Source: Phoronis australis (taxonomy: Eukaryota; Animalia; Phoronida). Taken from it: DNA of 64,000 nt. The position numbers were made by a program, and so were the translations under genes. Below are positions 12,162 through 27,105 of the stretch, piece by piece (position 1 is the first letter of the stretch; each line of letters starts with the position of its first letter). Below the pieces are notes generated by a model. The model saw only the letters and a program-made list of their open reading frames with translations, was not told the DNA's origin and did no database searches. The DNA lies in contig NMRA01000174.1 of the NCBI GenBank assembly GCA_002633005.1, forward strand, positions 220,516 to 284,515. The letters are read 5' to 3'.

Positions 12162-13908
12162 TTTGATCATGTTATTAATAATGTTGTTTTACCATCAATG
12201 TATCTTTCGTTTTTGCTAAAAAGACCTTGCCAGGAAATCCAAATACCAGTAATGGCAGATTGGTAAAAAGTAAAAAAAAATTATACATGCTTTCTCCTTT
12301 CAGAAAATATGTTTTACCGAGTTAAAATCTATGGATCTGTAGAGTTAATTTAAATACGCAGACTTGTCAAGGTGCTGCATAACCCTAAAAAGCCTTATAA
12401 GTTATGGTACACCACTGTAACAAACAGCAAAATGGACATGGCCTACAACTGTGTTACCAGCAGGAACTTAAGGATGCATTGCAAAGGTAGAATGTCAACA
12501 AACCATGGAAAGGCAATTCAAACTACAGATCAAAACTACTGGTTTCATGAAAATACATTAACTATTATTTTTAACAAGAACAACATGGAGTGTTGAAATG
12601 TGCCCACGAATGCACCGCAGATAGTGTGCTACTAGGAGTGCTTATTTGTATTATAAAAGTGGCCACTAGATGGCGCAAAATAAGCTGAATCCACCCGAAA
12701 CGAAAACATATTGTTTCTAAATTAAAACGGACTAGAAACAGTAAAAATGGCCACTGGATGGCGCAAAATACGTCGAATTCATCCCACAACGAAAACATGT
12801 CATCGTTTCCTTAATAGAAAGCTATTTCCATAGTTTCATAAAAATCTATCAAGCAACTTCAGAGTAACAGGGGAATGGAAAAAAATGAAATTTCCACAAG
12901 GGGGCACAGCGTGTCGGATCAGTCTGAAAGTCATCGACGTCCATTGTGAACTTCCTATAAATACACTTATTAAATTTAATTAAGATTCTGCAGTAGGTTT
13001 AGGAGATACAACTATGGGCGCAAAAAAACAGAAGTGTCACTAGGAGGCGCCATAGAAGTCGAAGTCGGAAAATCATATAAATATGTGGGCGCATACAAAC
13101 TCACCTCTCAGCTTTTTCCCAAGTTATATTTAATAAAAATAATTGAAAGTCCCCAAACAGCAATTCTTTGTAAACCAGGAATTGAACAGGCCCAAACACA
13201 ATATTCAAAGTACTTTTTTTTTCGTACCTGTGCTACCGTACTTGACAGAGGAAAAAATACAATATACTCAAAGGATCCACAATTACTATACCTTAAAGAA
13301 TCCAGTAACTTCTTAAAAAATCAAAACACATCTAATACAGAATGCCACATCAGTGGCACTGATGCACCTTCACTCAAGGACAGACCTTTCCTGAATTGTC
13401 CTCCACAGTAACCACCAGATCAAGTAAGGATCTAAGAAAGAAAATAACAAGCAGATCCTGCAGAAGGATACAGTACAAGTGTGGGGTAATGATTCATGGA
13501 AACTGCCAGCAAAGACAGCTTGCTGCTCATTCACTAGTGCTGTTGACACAACTGTTTTGGATCAACTAGACAATCCAGTCAATAAATTTCAGCCTCACTT
13601 AGAAGGTAGCTATTTTCCCTCAAATAAGACAAGAGCTTTCTTGCCAGAAGATGTCACAATTACTTGGCAGGATGCCAGTTTCATCCCTGAGTGCAGTGAC
13701 GCCAATGTATTAAATTAATTCGACTGACACCTTGAGGGGTAGGGTCATTGTCTGAAATGACATTCATTCACCAGGCAAAACATTGGTTCTGAGTAGACTT
13801 ATCTTGATATCTAATAAATTAGAGGGAAGAAAAGTCAAATGTCATGTGTTAATGAAAAACTAAACCTGGATTAGAGTGAAACGCTGCACAATTACACCAG
13901 ATTACCAG
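12162..13908 (+). repeat. Copy B of 1.7-kb tandem duplication (probable alternate haplotype)
   Basis: Starts immediately after N 12161 with tttgatcatg (matching 10425) and matches through attaccag (matching 12160). Confidence 0.95.
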
Positions 13909-16176
13909 CCTAACAACTAATCCCATAAAGTATCAGCTGCCTCTGTCAAATAAGACTGTTTTTCACCTGACAGTATCAGCTGACTTTTTAAAACACCCGA
14001 TCAAAATTGGTACCAAAAACCTTAAATTTAGAGTGACACTGGCATTCTTCCCAGCACATAGAACTTCCTGCCATCAAAATGATGACATTCTGAATTGTGT
14101 GTGGGCTTTGCTGGACAATTTATCAACTACAGGTTTTCAAACAAAATGGAATGTTCTAGTGTCACAGTTGTACCTAGATAATAAAAGAATCACCATCTGT
14201 TCTCTTCACGTGATGTTTACAAATATGTGTGCCCTTAACCCCATGCAATATGCAAATTCAATGCAAATTAGTTCTCTTCAACTGTCCCAGTCTATTGTTG
14301 CTTTTCCACCAACACTGAAACTACCCTGTTTTACAAAGTTCTGCTCTGAGGAAAAGCTTAACTCCCAGACTTAATTAGCAATGGCAGAGTTTTGCAACTA
14401 ATAAATTAAAAAGTATGTCACCTGATGAGAAGTGATTGTCGAAAAACAATAATTGTTGATACATATTGCCAACACACATTACAAATGTATTACGATTTGC
14501 TTCATTGGGCATTGCAACTGCCAAAATAGGTATGGTTTTGATTTGCAAAATTCAAGTCAAATTGTGATCCACTAAGTTTCTACCAGTAACCAGTATGTCT
14601 GTAAATATTTATTTACAGGCCAGTTACATGTCTAAAATCAACATAACCAGGTGCAATACCTCATAATGACTATATTTACTTGTCCTGGTTTAGTGGTCAG
14701 GGCAGCCAAGAGAGACACCAATTAAAAATTTAGACATCCTAGCTAGAATGCCCTGTTCAGCATTGGGATAGCCACATAAACCCCAAAGGCGTGTTCAGAC
14801 CGCCCCTGTCTCCACAGAATCATACCACACAATTAAAAACGATTTGACGTAGGGTCATAACAATACATTTGTGCATCATGGATGTCCTAAAAAATTGGAA
14901 AACCCATTTGAACACCCTATTGTTGAAATCCTGTATGAAACCATGGATCCCATACAAAGTACGACAGTTTATCAAAAATGACGGCCTTACATCCCTGCAC
15001 CAAATCAATGGCTTTCCACCTTCAAGTTACGTACCATAGCTATTATCTGCCAATGTTTTGAGTAACTGAGAGCATTTACGACAATGTCAGAACCCTTGAA
15101 AAAATGAAAAAGGCCAATTACTTACGTATTTTACAAATTTTATAGTAAGTGACAGCTTGATACGGATCATATCGCACAATTCAATAGTTAGGTTTAAACA
15201 GGGCTCAAGACTATGGTAACTACAAGATGCACTGGGCAGACTCAAAGCAGCTTTCAACACTTGAAAGTCCAATTTGCACAGAATGTGTATTCCCAATCAT
15301 TATGCCTAAGCTGATCCAACATTTTTATTGCCACTCAGACACTACTAAATCCCCTGAATAAACATCACTTGGACCCATGCCAGTCAGTTTTCAATGGCTA
15401 CAGAGGGGTTTACATGATATTTACACAACTAAAAATTACATGTAAAGGGAAAACGTACAAAAATGGTCTACATATCACCAGTGTGTTGGCGCCTGGGAGG
15501 ATGAGCCAGGATAAAAATCATCTGCATGAAATGAAAACTGACAGCAATGTGACATTGAACAGTAATCGCTCTTGGCTTTAGGAGAATTGATCGCTTAGCT
15601 ATAATACAGTTTGAATTATGGAAATGTGAGAATAATTTGCTCCTCGCACTGGTTAGGCATGCGCCCAGTCTAAGGAAACGTATGGGTCTATTGCAGCTGT
15701 TACCTTGATAGTCACCCGTACCCGCAAACCGGAAATCCCACCACACCAAAAAATTGCAATCAACTGCTGTAAACGTGTTTAAACATGTCGTATGGCATGT
15801 GAGGTGTCAAACATCAATTGAGGTACACGATAACAAAGATATTTTTCAATTTTCAAAACAGTACAGCACAAATGTATCACTCAATCTTGTCAAGCTTCTC
15901 AACAAAAGGAAAAAAGATAAGAAAATTACTTTATTATTTCCAATGTTATCATGTACAGTGCAGCTGTCCGCATAAAACACATGGTATCATTTTGAACATT
16001 TGCACTAATCTACTGAGCCTTCAAAAATGAGGTATAGCAACTGTTTCTGGCAATGAAAATTTTACTTCATTACTGCCAAGGTTTCTCATGCACAGCACTC
16101 CCTCATGGGGACACTTTGGAGCATCTGTAACAATGTACTCACAGCCAAGACAGATTTGGCAAGTGCTTCTTTGTGT

Positions 16177-16400
16177 CAAATAAAAAAAAAACATTGCTAC
16201 GGTTTTGTGTAAATAGGGGCACAAGTCTTCATTCTGCTGTGAGAATTCCAAATATCCAGATACCTGCATTTTATCAGCAATATATATACAGATTTTCCAA
16301 ATAAAAAAAACTTGCTACGGTTTTGTGCTATTAGGGAAACAAGTCTTCAGTCTGTCGGGAGCATTCCAAATATCCAGATATCTGTTTTATTAGCAAGGTA
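16177..16400. repeat. Diverged ~120-bp tandem duplication (2 copies)
   Basis: caaataaaaaaaa..ttgctacggttttgtg..caagtcttca..ttccaaatatccagata occurs at ~16177 and ~16298. Confidence 0.8.
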
Positions 16401-18554
16401 AAATGGGACAGGCAACAAAACCAGATATACAATCGAAACAAGCAAGAAACTTTAATAAATACGGAAAATAAAGCAAATTCTCTTCCATACAACAGTGTTT
16501 AGCATCTGGTTGTCTTCACATTTCTATCACATTAGCATTTCTGGTACAAAACAAAACAAGTTACCTGAAGAACGGAAGATCGTTCACGCAGCCAACCAGC
16601 CAGCCAGTTCAGCCTGTATGCTACTGTCAGAAAGAAATGAAACTTCAACCCACATGTCAAATTTCATACACATGCAGTGCAGGTTTTATAGCGCTTTTGT
16701 ATCAAGTAGGCATTTGTTTACACTGGAACATTTGCGTGGGTGTGGAATTAAAGATCGGCTACAGCAAATATGGCAGGCACAACTGTTGTCTAGACTCAGT
16801 GTCATCCTCAACACAGGCACTAGAGCCTACAGGGGATCCGTTGATCTATCAATCATAGATTGACATTTAATGCAATTCGGAATCCATGCACAATATCTAT
16901 AGCCATATGTTTGACATCAAAAGAATATCAAAAGTTGACTAATTCTTGAAAGCTGACACTTAAGTGATTCATTATTATTTTCAGCTTTCAAACTATACAG
17001 ATTTTTAGTGTTTTATCTCATAGCATACCTTTTCCTTTGATAGTAAAAACTAAATTACGTAGAATACAAGTCATTTTCCAAGACATTTCTCAACAGCATC
17101 AACAAAAAAAGGTTCACGGTGAAATCTCACCAATTTCGATAAAAATTAAATGCATTTTATATATTTTTCAAGGTCCTCTAACAAGGTCCTAAATGCCCAC
17201 ATTTTTTTTCAAAACATCGTTTGATGGTAGCTGTGATGCAGAATTTGAACAAGGTAAAGCGTTAATTTCTGCCCTACATATCTCTCATGAAAAAAGAGAA
17301 AATAAAATTTCACTTGTCGGCCATATTGCGTCCTAAATAGGTGAGATTTCGCCGCAAGTAAAAGTAATTCTTCGCCTACTGAACAAACAAACATGAACGT
17401 CAGGCAGGACAGTGTCGTTCAAATCCACTTCCACATTGAACAATTGTCCTGATTACTCCTAAGTAATTCGGACATTCAGAAAAAAAATGATAGAAATCGC
17501 AAGACCAAGTTTTGCACAATTTCTCGTGTTTAGAGTTATCACAACAAAATTTTAATTCGGTTGGTTGTGATAAAAGTAGCAGATTACAAAAGTGGACGAT
17601 ATATGTTCTGACTACGAACCCCGCAGTCCAAATCGGGGAAGGCAGCTATGCATCAAGTCTACCAAATGCATAAATAACATCTGTGGAAATTAGCCAACTG
17701 GGTGAATCTAAAACCTTTATGGTTCAACATCCTGGCTCCTCACAGGGGGTACACGTCAACTTATCATACCATGTGTTGTTATTCCTTGTTGTAAGATGAG
17801 ACAGTTCCTGTACCATGGTGTGTTTGAGCTCTAAACACTGTTATGTAATAGATAGCAAGGAGGTTGTAAGAGTTTCTGCACCCCAATCCCATATTTCTAC
17901 CACATTTAGGCTTAAATAGGTGAACATTTTTAAAAGCGTACAGCACACGTTTTAATTTCTACGTTAATTTCTGACACCTTAAGATATGTAAGGTGAAAAA
18001 ATGTTCAGTCTGGGACAATGAAAAATTTATTATTTTGCACAAGGTTAGAGCTTGTACCAAATTTTAGAAATAGACAATATTAACTGTCTCAAATTCAAGA
18101 ATTGAAATCAACAACAAACCCTCATTCACCTTATTGATGTTGCTCACTATGGGGACAACTCGTGAAAAACTTGGTCGCATATGTGAAAAACTTTGTTGCA
18201 CGCGCGAAAAACCTTGTTGTGTTGGTTGCTATTTTCGAAGCTATGAACAGCTAAGTCTATTTTTAGTCTTGATACCAAATGCCAAGTCTAATATTTGAGA
18301 AATATCATGAACGCCAAAATAACTCATGTCCCAATCTTCAGAATCAAGAAAATTCTACCACTACTAAATAAAGGGTGGTAAACAAATGAAACTTTTTCAT
18401 GCTAAAAATTTTTTTCTCTGCAAATCAGCAATTATCAGAGAGCTCTACGTCCTCTTCCAGAAAGCTTTGCTTTTGTTCTTAAATACAAGACATAAATACA
18501 CTTGAAAGAAAAATCTGTAATAGTCTGAAATAACTTGCTGAAGACAGGCACTCA

Positions 18555-18634
18555 CAGGGTTTCTAAATTTTGAGAACCAGTTTTCTCTACTGAATAACAG
18601 GCATCAACTGGTTCTCAAAATTTGGCATGCTATA
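18555..18634. mobile_element. ~80-bp hairpin micro-MITE family B, copy 1
   Basis: ATTTTGAGAACCAGTT / AACTGGTTCTCAAAAT arms; same element at 29295 and 57075. Confidence 0.75.
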
Positions 18635-21600
18635 TCAGACTATAGCCCGAAAATCTACTCCTACACAAATTTACACCATACAAATAAGTGGAGTTATATA
18701 CAAGACAAGATATTACTGCAGTTGTATTAATATCTAACAAGTTCCAATGCCAAAATCAAGGTCTAATGAATTACATCCACTAGAAAAATTACTACGAACA
18801 TGTTAATTTCCTTTAACAAGTTAAATCAAAAGGTCAATAAACACATGTGTTGTTCACACAAGTACCATGAATGAACCTAGATATTAGATACACAGCACCT
18901 AAGTTCTATGATGGGAAAACATGATCCATACTGAACTAAAATTAGTTTTGGGTAGTTGCACCAACAGTTTGGTGCATGAACAAGGAGAACAAGGGCAAAG
19001 GCGTGGAAAATCAATATTATTGGTAATTGAAAACATCCTTGTACACTGAAACTCTATTATTCAGAGCCTGTTGAGTGGGGTATTGAGCTATGTGACTAGG
19101 ATAACACACACTATTTTAATTGTGGCTATATTGGACAGGTCACAAGGGAGGTTGGAGTATTGTGGAGGTGTGCAAAGGTTATGATGGCTATACTTTTTAA
19201 ATGCCAAATCAATAGGGTTGGCTAGGTTAACAACTCAGTACAATAATGTCATTTATTTTCATTAATATTTATTTAAGACTTCTTGTCTGAAACCAGGAGA
19301 AATAAACCTTGATATATAAATATTTTAATCCTTGCACTAAGGTTCATGAAGATAAAAATCATTTGATAGATAGAAATAAATCAACTTTTTGAGAAAATCT
19401 AGAAAAAATACCACACTCAGGTTTAAGTAAGAAGAAAATTTAATTCCAAATGCCTGCTATAATATAAACAAAGTACCAATCTGAAAGCGAAATATTTTAT
19501 TAAATGGAATGGATTTTAAATTTTGTTGCTTCTTCCAGTGAGGATGTTGAGAATAAAGATTTATCCAGTGTATCTGCGCTGTGTGGGTGTAAACCATAGG
19601 CGCATATCAATGCTCTGGGTTGTTCTTGTTTATATTTGTATTGGTATCAATGGAAAAGTACCCTTACATGAAAATATAACTCAGTCAAAACTACATCTTG
19701 CTTAGGATGGTAAGATCTGCATTTGCCTGCTGCTTTTCTTTCATAGACTCAAACAATTAAGTGCTGCAGGAAAGCAAAAAGTCGAATGCCGCAAATTGTC
19801 TACCTTGTCAATCATCTGCTCAAATCGTACACTGAAATTAAGTCTACTACTGGAAAAGTCGTTGTTGAGCTCTCAAGTCAACGCCAAAGAGTAGTATGTT
19901 GGCAGTTTATTGTTGCCTCCATGAGATATCTCACTCACTTTCATTCTAGGTTTTGTTGAAATCTTTTATTTTTGAGCAGAACTTGCATTAATACAGGCAT
20001 CAGCATGGCTGTCAATCAAAATCTGTAATCGGAATATCTATGATTTTGCATTTTTGTGCTGTTGATCCATTTTCGTCATGTCTTCCAAGCAGGGATTCAA
20101 TCACCCCGCACCATCCTGAGTTAATTACTGGCAAATATAAGAACGTTCTTTTCAAATACTGAGAACTGTCTAGCAAGGCACTTCTCTTTTTTCTTTCTCT
20201 AATGAGACCTAACAGTGATGATATTTGCATGACAGGCTTAATGAAGAGGCTCTTATCTAATGCACACTTTCTTCTTCTTTCTCATTCACACCCACTCATG
20301 TTGAACTGCATTGTTCTGTAACAAGCGAGATACGTCGCATCATTCATCCTGATGAACGAAAGGAATAGTGGAAACAAAAGACCAGACCTTGTACTTAAAC
20401 AGGGACTTTTATTTTATGCAAATCTGTTAGGAGTACAAGGATGTCAAATGTCGACTGACGTCTGAAAGTATTGTCAGTGGATGACAGAGGAAACTAATGA
20501 AAAGTTTGGACAATTGCCAACCTTCGTGAATTCCTTCAAAAATGTAATACGATGCATTCACATGTCACACTATTGTATAAAATTATGTTATTTTCAATGC
20601 TATTCATTTTTTTCATTTATGAGCTAGTAACTGCTCAGACAGTACCACAGTCTTGGTTGATAGTAATTAAACTTTGTACCTACCATCTCCACTGCATTGA
20701 AAACATGGAATACCCAAACGTTGGTAAATAATTTACTGAATTACATCCAGATTTGATGAGACTTTTGATGACCCAAAATATTCATTGCTTTACAAAAGGA
20801 TACCATGTGAAGCTAATCTGCCAGTTATTACGGGTGTAACATAGGCCACTAATATGGAATACCGTCATCTACAAAGACTTAATTTTGATTTAGACAACTT
20901 GTCATAACACAACTGGTCCTACCTCGTGTCTTACAACAAAACTGGTTTCTAGACATGGAAAACTTGTTCCCTACTTAGACGAAAAGTGATTTCTGGACTA
21001 GGAAACATCTGGCAGTTAGTTATTGCATGCTTGGGATACAAAAATGACCCGACGTAACAAAACAAATTACTGACCCTGGTTTCAAGCAACAATGAATTGT
21101 CAGATCTTTCCAAGCTCAAAAATCACTTCTAACATGATTAAGGAATAGATTGTCTAACACTGAGTCTCAGTCCTCATCTTCACACTTGGTATCCTCGCCT
21201 TCAGTTTTGTATCAACGAGTGTCACACAATCCAGCCACAGTACAAGCCAAATTTATTCAGACAAAATGACCCTCATCATAATGGCTGTGTAGAAGCCGAA
21301 TCCATCATCTGAGTAGTCTTCCCTAATGACCGGGGTTGAAGAGGAACTATGGGTAAAGTTAGTACTAAGGTGGCAAAGTCATTCTGTAACTAGAAGTCTG
21401 CTGTCTTATAGTTATAAGCAGTAATAGTTGCTGTTACTAAAATTAGCCATCATGACGAAACAAAACTGAGAAACAAAAATCATTTTAAAAAACGAAATGA
21501 ACAATACTGACTTATCCGCAATATACCTTTGTTTGTCAGCATCATCTTAATGAACTCTCAAACAGTGAATCGTTTGCAGGTTATACTTTAGTACATTAAC

Positions 21601-24600
21601 AACTTTTAAAGGTGTCCTTCTACGAAAAGTAAAGGGATGTGAAATTGAGGCTTAAACCCATGTAGCAGAATAATTTGTTGAAAAGTTGAGATGTAACGCT
21701 TTGGCCTCTATTTCAGTGTGACAGCTGGGATGGTACCGTGCGCATCTTTCTGTTGTCAGGGTACAATAAAGTAGCATTTCACCCGATTCAACTGGCTAAA
21801 AAACAAAAGTCAAATTAGGCATTTTGATTTCACAAAATCCGTCTCATGCAGCATATTCTCACTCAAAATGAAAGTTATCAACACCTCCTGGAGGCAAATT
21901 AACCATGAAGATGATTTGGAGAACCAGGCCAAGTTATTCAGTGATTGCCTGAAGCTCAAAATCAGGGGCAGTTTCTTCCACTAGTAAGTACTGTAACAGT
22001 TAGTGTGCCCTAGAGCAGTAATCAAACCTATGATGCTGGTAAGCTGACTGCTAGTATTTGACAAGTCCAAAGTATGCTATACTGGTAGAAAATTCCTTCT
22101 TTCTCACGACGTGCATATTTCATGAAATCAAATAGCAACATAGAAGACAATTTTGCGTTTTTCTTGACTTACCTACAATGTCAGCCCTGGACCATTGAAG
22201 CCATATTCGTATCACACAATAAAAACAGATGAAGAAGCTGCTTCCAGTTACCTGACCATGATAGCATGAACTTCAGCAGGAAGTCACAAGTTCCAACAGA
22301 AAGAGCAGCTCAACAAACCCAGCGGAAACACTTGTACCAACACCGGAGAAACACGGTGGGAAGGTGTTTGGTTGGTGGTGCATACTAGTAGATAATTGTA
22401 TGCGAATTGTACTGACTTCGATAATGACAGTGTTGAAATTTTGAGTAGGGACAAGAACTGGCTCCAAAGAGTCATTTAGTAGGCCAGCATTGAATCGACA
22501 CGGAGGTAGCAGGTTTGTTCTGTCCACTGCTAGGAACGCGCTACTAACGATCGTATCTCACAATAACACAACGGGAAACTCTACTTGTCCTACCACTATA
22601 ATCATTCTGTCATTCCTCAAGAAAGGGAGCAGTAAGCTCCCGAAGGCTTATACGGTAATGGATTATTAGTAAGTACCATAGTCTAGTTGAACAGATTTAA
22701 TTTTGCGTTGATTTTAACTTTCCTGGATGGACAAAGATTTAAATTTCAAGATCAAAAGTTTTGCGAATAATTGTTCTTCTTAGGTAGTTATTTATTTAAT
22801 CACGGTCATCAAGCTGTAATAAATACATACCTTTCTATGGCTCTTAATTATTTTTTCGTGAAACTACTTCTACATTTTCTGTTTGCCTTGTGTCACACTA
22901 GTCTGAGTGATCCCCAACTGACACACCAGCAGTTAAACATTGGATTCCATTTACATCAAATTTCTTTGTATTATTATTATTGTTTTAGAGCTAAAAAGTT
23001 TTTGTTTTAGTAACAAAGTTAGTTATTTCTTAAACTTCACGGTTTACTACCTTGGTCACGGATTTAGGCAGAAACTCAGATATCCAGCTGCTTTACAACT
23101 TTCAGAATTGGTGAAAAAAAAACAAGCCAAGGACAACACTTGATGACAATAAGTTTACTTATTCCTTCAAAATTCTTTCAATGTTTAGTAAATTACTAGT
23201 ATCTCCGAACTGAAACGGCTTGGGGGAGACACTAACTGCTGTGGACCACACGATATACGGTAGATAAGGTAGCAGGCCTACGCAACTTGATGTCTGAATC
23301 AGTTAATAATTGTTTGATTTAAAAAGCAAACTAAAGCCAACAAATCCTTCACATTACTATTAAGTCCATCTTAAAACTACGATTTTGATCTCATCTGTGA
23401 CTTCAAGTACTTACATAATCCACGGGCTTTCTGAAAAGCAAGATCTGAGACCAATCGAGTTGAATTCGTGCTTTTATTGACATTTCCGCTCGATGACGGA
23501 GTCCTCTGTTGTCAGGTAAAGTAACTAGTCCACTCACAACTGAAGAACGCTCGGCCAACAATAGCTTCAACATTGACTTGACTCAGTCCCAGTTCTTCAG
23601 TTGCATATGTTGCGGTATAATGCTAATTTATCTCATGTAAAGTATTCCATGGTATTTTGAATAGTGCCAAGTGCTATAATGTCATTCTGTGAGTTAGCAA
23701 ATAAAAACAAAATCTGACTTTGCCAATAAGTGAATTGTTGAAGTTTCACGGAAGAGCTGAGATTCAAAATTCTACTACATAAAATAAATGAAATGAATGG
23801 AGGCTGGTAAATTGCTTGAAGCAATCAATGTATTCGATTTAGTCTAAAGATTTAACATCTACTTAGGACTGTCAACTCGCCTCCTAAAAAACAAGACGAA
23901 TGATTCCACCCCAACATGGTGAACACAACCGATCAATAAGGTTTTCAAATATTGCTCTGTAAGAGGTTTTAAATTTTTTTCAGTGTTGATTTCTTTAAAA
24001 ATATTTCCCATGCCTACTTCTGTAAACTAAGGATTTCTAATAGAATTATAGAAGTCCATGTCTTATCTGGTCCATTTTAGCGTTTGTTGCCGTTATTGAT
24101 AAAAACTACATGCTTCTTTTATCGCATATAAAATATCTTTTGATATTTTGAATTGAATAGTTTTGACATTGACTTCTAAATATTATAATGATTTCTAAGT
24201 TGTGATTCTGTTAGCAAATAAAAACATCTAATTTCACAAAACAAAGTCAGCATATTATCACTTATTTAACGTTCTTTTCTGGAAAGCAGTGAGCGATGTT
24301 TGGCATTAACTGAACCTACGCTTTCTGTCAAAACCCAGTTTTGATTTTAACATCTTTACTACCCTTATGTAATTGGTCTCAAGTTGTTCCTTAATCAAGA
24401 GATGTGATTTCTAAGCGATGAGAGAGCTAACTTAACCTGAACGTTTATGACTTTGGTTTGAAGAAATAGCAAAGTGTCAAACTTGGTAAGGATTAAGATA
24501 AAGACCTATTTTTAAACATTAAGTGGCCTAAATCAGAACTTTTTATTTACACATAGCACAGGATTAATGACACTTTAAACTGAACTTTTTCTGTCTTAAT

Positions 24601-27105
24601 CTCTTCCATTTGGCAATGTTGCACAATTGGGGAGAGAAAGAAATTTATTTTCACAGCGCATTATATTTAAAAAGTGGTTTAGAGGTATGTAGATCAACTT
24701 AGTCCACTGCTTTTCCTTCCTATAGCAAGTTAGTGGTCACAATTGCATAGAGGATAGAGCAGAGTTTAGCAATTGGTCTGTTTCTTCACTTGTTAAGTAA
24801 AATTTGAAATTAAAATATTCCTCCATAGCGTGTAGCTTTGATTGTCATAAGAAATCAGATAAAACAAATGTAAAACACCAGGCAAAGGAATGTTTTGCAA
24901 GAGTTAAATACAAGGTATTAACACTATACTGCAAAAAACAAAAACTCCGTTCAGACTTAAAATAAAAATCTTGAAATACAGTAGACACCAAAACTAGACA
25001 CAATGACGAGTAATTCCCCATCATGGTGGCCGAGTGTCAGCGGAATTCACCATCAAGGTAGCTAGAATGTCCTGTTATAACGAATAATGATCAGTCATCG
25101 TGGGTAACGCCTAGTCATGACTGACATGTACTGTAGGTTAATTCCGTCAAGCTGGTCTCACAATTTTAGCTGCCATAATTTGTCTCCAAAGGTATTGAGA
25201 GATCACCCCAGACTAAAATAAATCAGCAAATGTTTGGAAGGATGATGGGGCATGGAAATCCTTTTCTGTCACGGCATGGAAAAGTTAGAGACACATCTTG
25301 TGTAATTCAGTGACTCGAGATATAATTTGTGCATTAAGCAGTGAGTAAAATGGACAGGATATGTCTCCTTAAGCATTTTATTTCATGTGGTACACAAGGC
25401 GCATTTTGAACTTTGAATTGATATATTTACAACTTCAGAACTTGGAATTTTAATTAAATTTTACTTCACATATTTACAAGTTATAACAACAAGTTAGCTG
25501 TACAAAACAAACTCACCATTGTGGCAAATATCTATAACATGGCACACAATACCATAAACAACAAAACTTCATCTATGTTAAAGCTGCAGTGCACTCACTT
25601 TCTGGGCAAAAATAATTTTCATTTGGCTACTGATGCTATAAAACTATCTCCAGGTTATTCAGACTTTAAGTGATTTCTGGACATTTGAAAACCTACAATT
25701 TGGTATTGCTCGATACCACGCCAACCAAACTGGCTTTACCATGGCAAGGTCTCTAGCAAGGACAAGTTCGCATTTCATTCCAACCCCAGAAATCACTACA
25801 ATTCTGGCTAAAGAACACGCTGGGCTCAGCTATACGACACACAGGTAGAGCTATGAATACTGCAGTGCACCAGATATGCATAAGCTACAAGCCTGGGCCC
25901 ATTCCACTGTTAGTGACCATAAATCAAGTTTGTTTTTGACAGTGAGCAGGTAAACAGCATCTTCGACATAAACAACTTTCAAATTAATCCAACATGTCAG
26001 ACAAGTTTCGTTGAAGATGACCTTGTTTAACATGACGTGTACTTAAAACCATGGATATTCACCCATCTGAGAATACTAATGACTAATAATTAATGCGAAA
26101 TAAATGAATCTATTCTTCTGAACAACAGATACCTTATTGTCAACTTTCATTTATTTTAATCAGTCGAAGGAAGTAGGTTGCCTCACAATAAATCAGTTGT
26201 TGGCCGCAAGAATAGATTCATAATTTTTCAATTAATTAAGACATGTTTTTGTATGGAGTACATACATATTATAAGAAACTTCCCCGAGTAGTCTGCCAGT
26301 TTTTGTAAACTTTATCAACGATTTCAAGATCATATTAAAAGAACAAAGTTCACAGTAAAAGTACAAAATGTCAATATTTCAAGTCTATTTGTATCCAAAG
26401 TCATTTCTTTCTATGCAAACAAATTTCAAATTTAAGAAGTCTAAGGTCTGGGGAACGGACATTATCCAGGACACTTATGGTTCAAAGAGTAGTCACTAGA
26501 GGTCCAGTCAGAGTGGTTATGTACCTAGCTAAAGAATTTTGTTTCCATGCAATCATAGTTATACGATATCTAACATAAAAATCGGACAGCGAATGTATCA
26601 AGTGCTCTCACAGAAACATAAACACAATTCTCATCAAGTCTTACATAGACTATGGTCTTGTTTAATATCAGCAAAACTGGGAAATAAATAAAAACTGCAG
26701 CCAATTATTGAACACACACATTTACAGATACACCACGAATGAGAACATTCCAGCTTAAGCAGAACTCAACGATCACACGACTAATCAAATGAAAGACGCA
26801 GTTTAGAGTTAACAATGCTGCTTTGGACCACTCAAGGGCAGAGACATTGCGTAGACATATTGCAAATTGCGCAATGAAAATATTCGAGGCATTAAAGGAA
26901 AAATGTCCATTTTTAAATTAGTCTTCAATGCCTTTAGTGAGTAGATTTCGACAATTCCCTAGAAATATTTTGGATAAACGTAGTCCTCTGCTGTGAATAA
27001 TCTGTCATTATACATAACAGTTCCTTCAGGCCAGTGATTATAAAATTAGCCATGTATGCAGAAAAGAAGATTTTTAATACAATGCTATTGATTTTAAAAA
27101 TGGTA

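Noticed and set aside
10627-13718. Duplicated small-ORF gene cluster (e.g. 125 aa, 93 aa, 80 aa)
   Set aside because: No domain signal; ORFs overlap repeat sequence, differ by frameshifts between copies, and the duplication is gap-associated.
14820-15300. Possible decayed coding or retroelement remnant
   Set aside because: No recognisable motif in the frames I translated.
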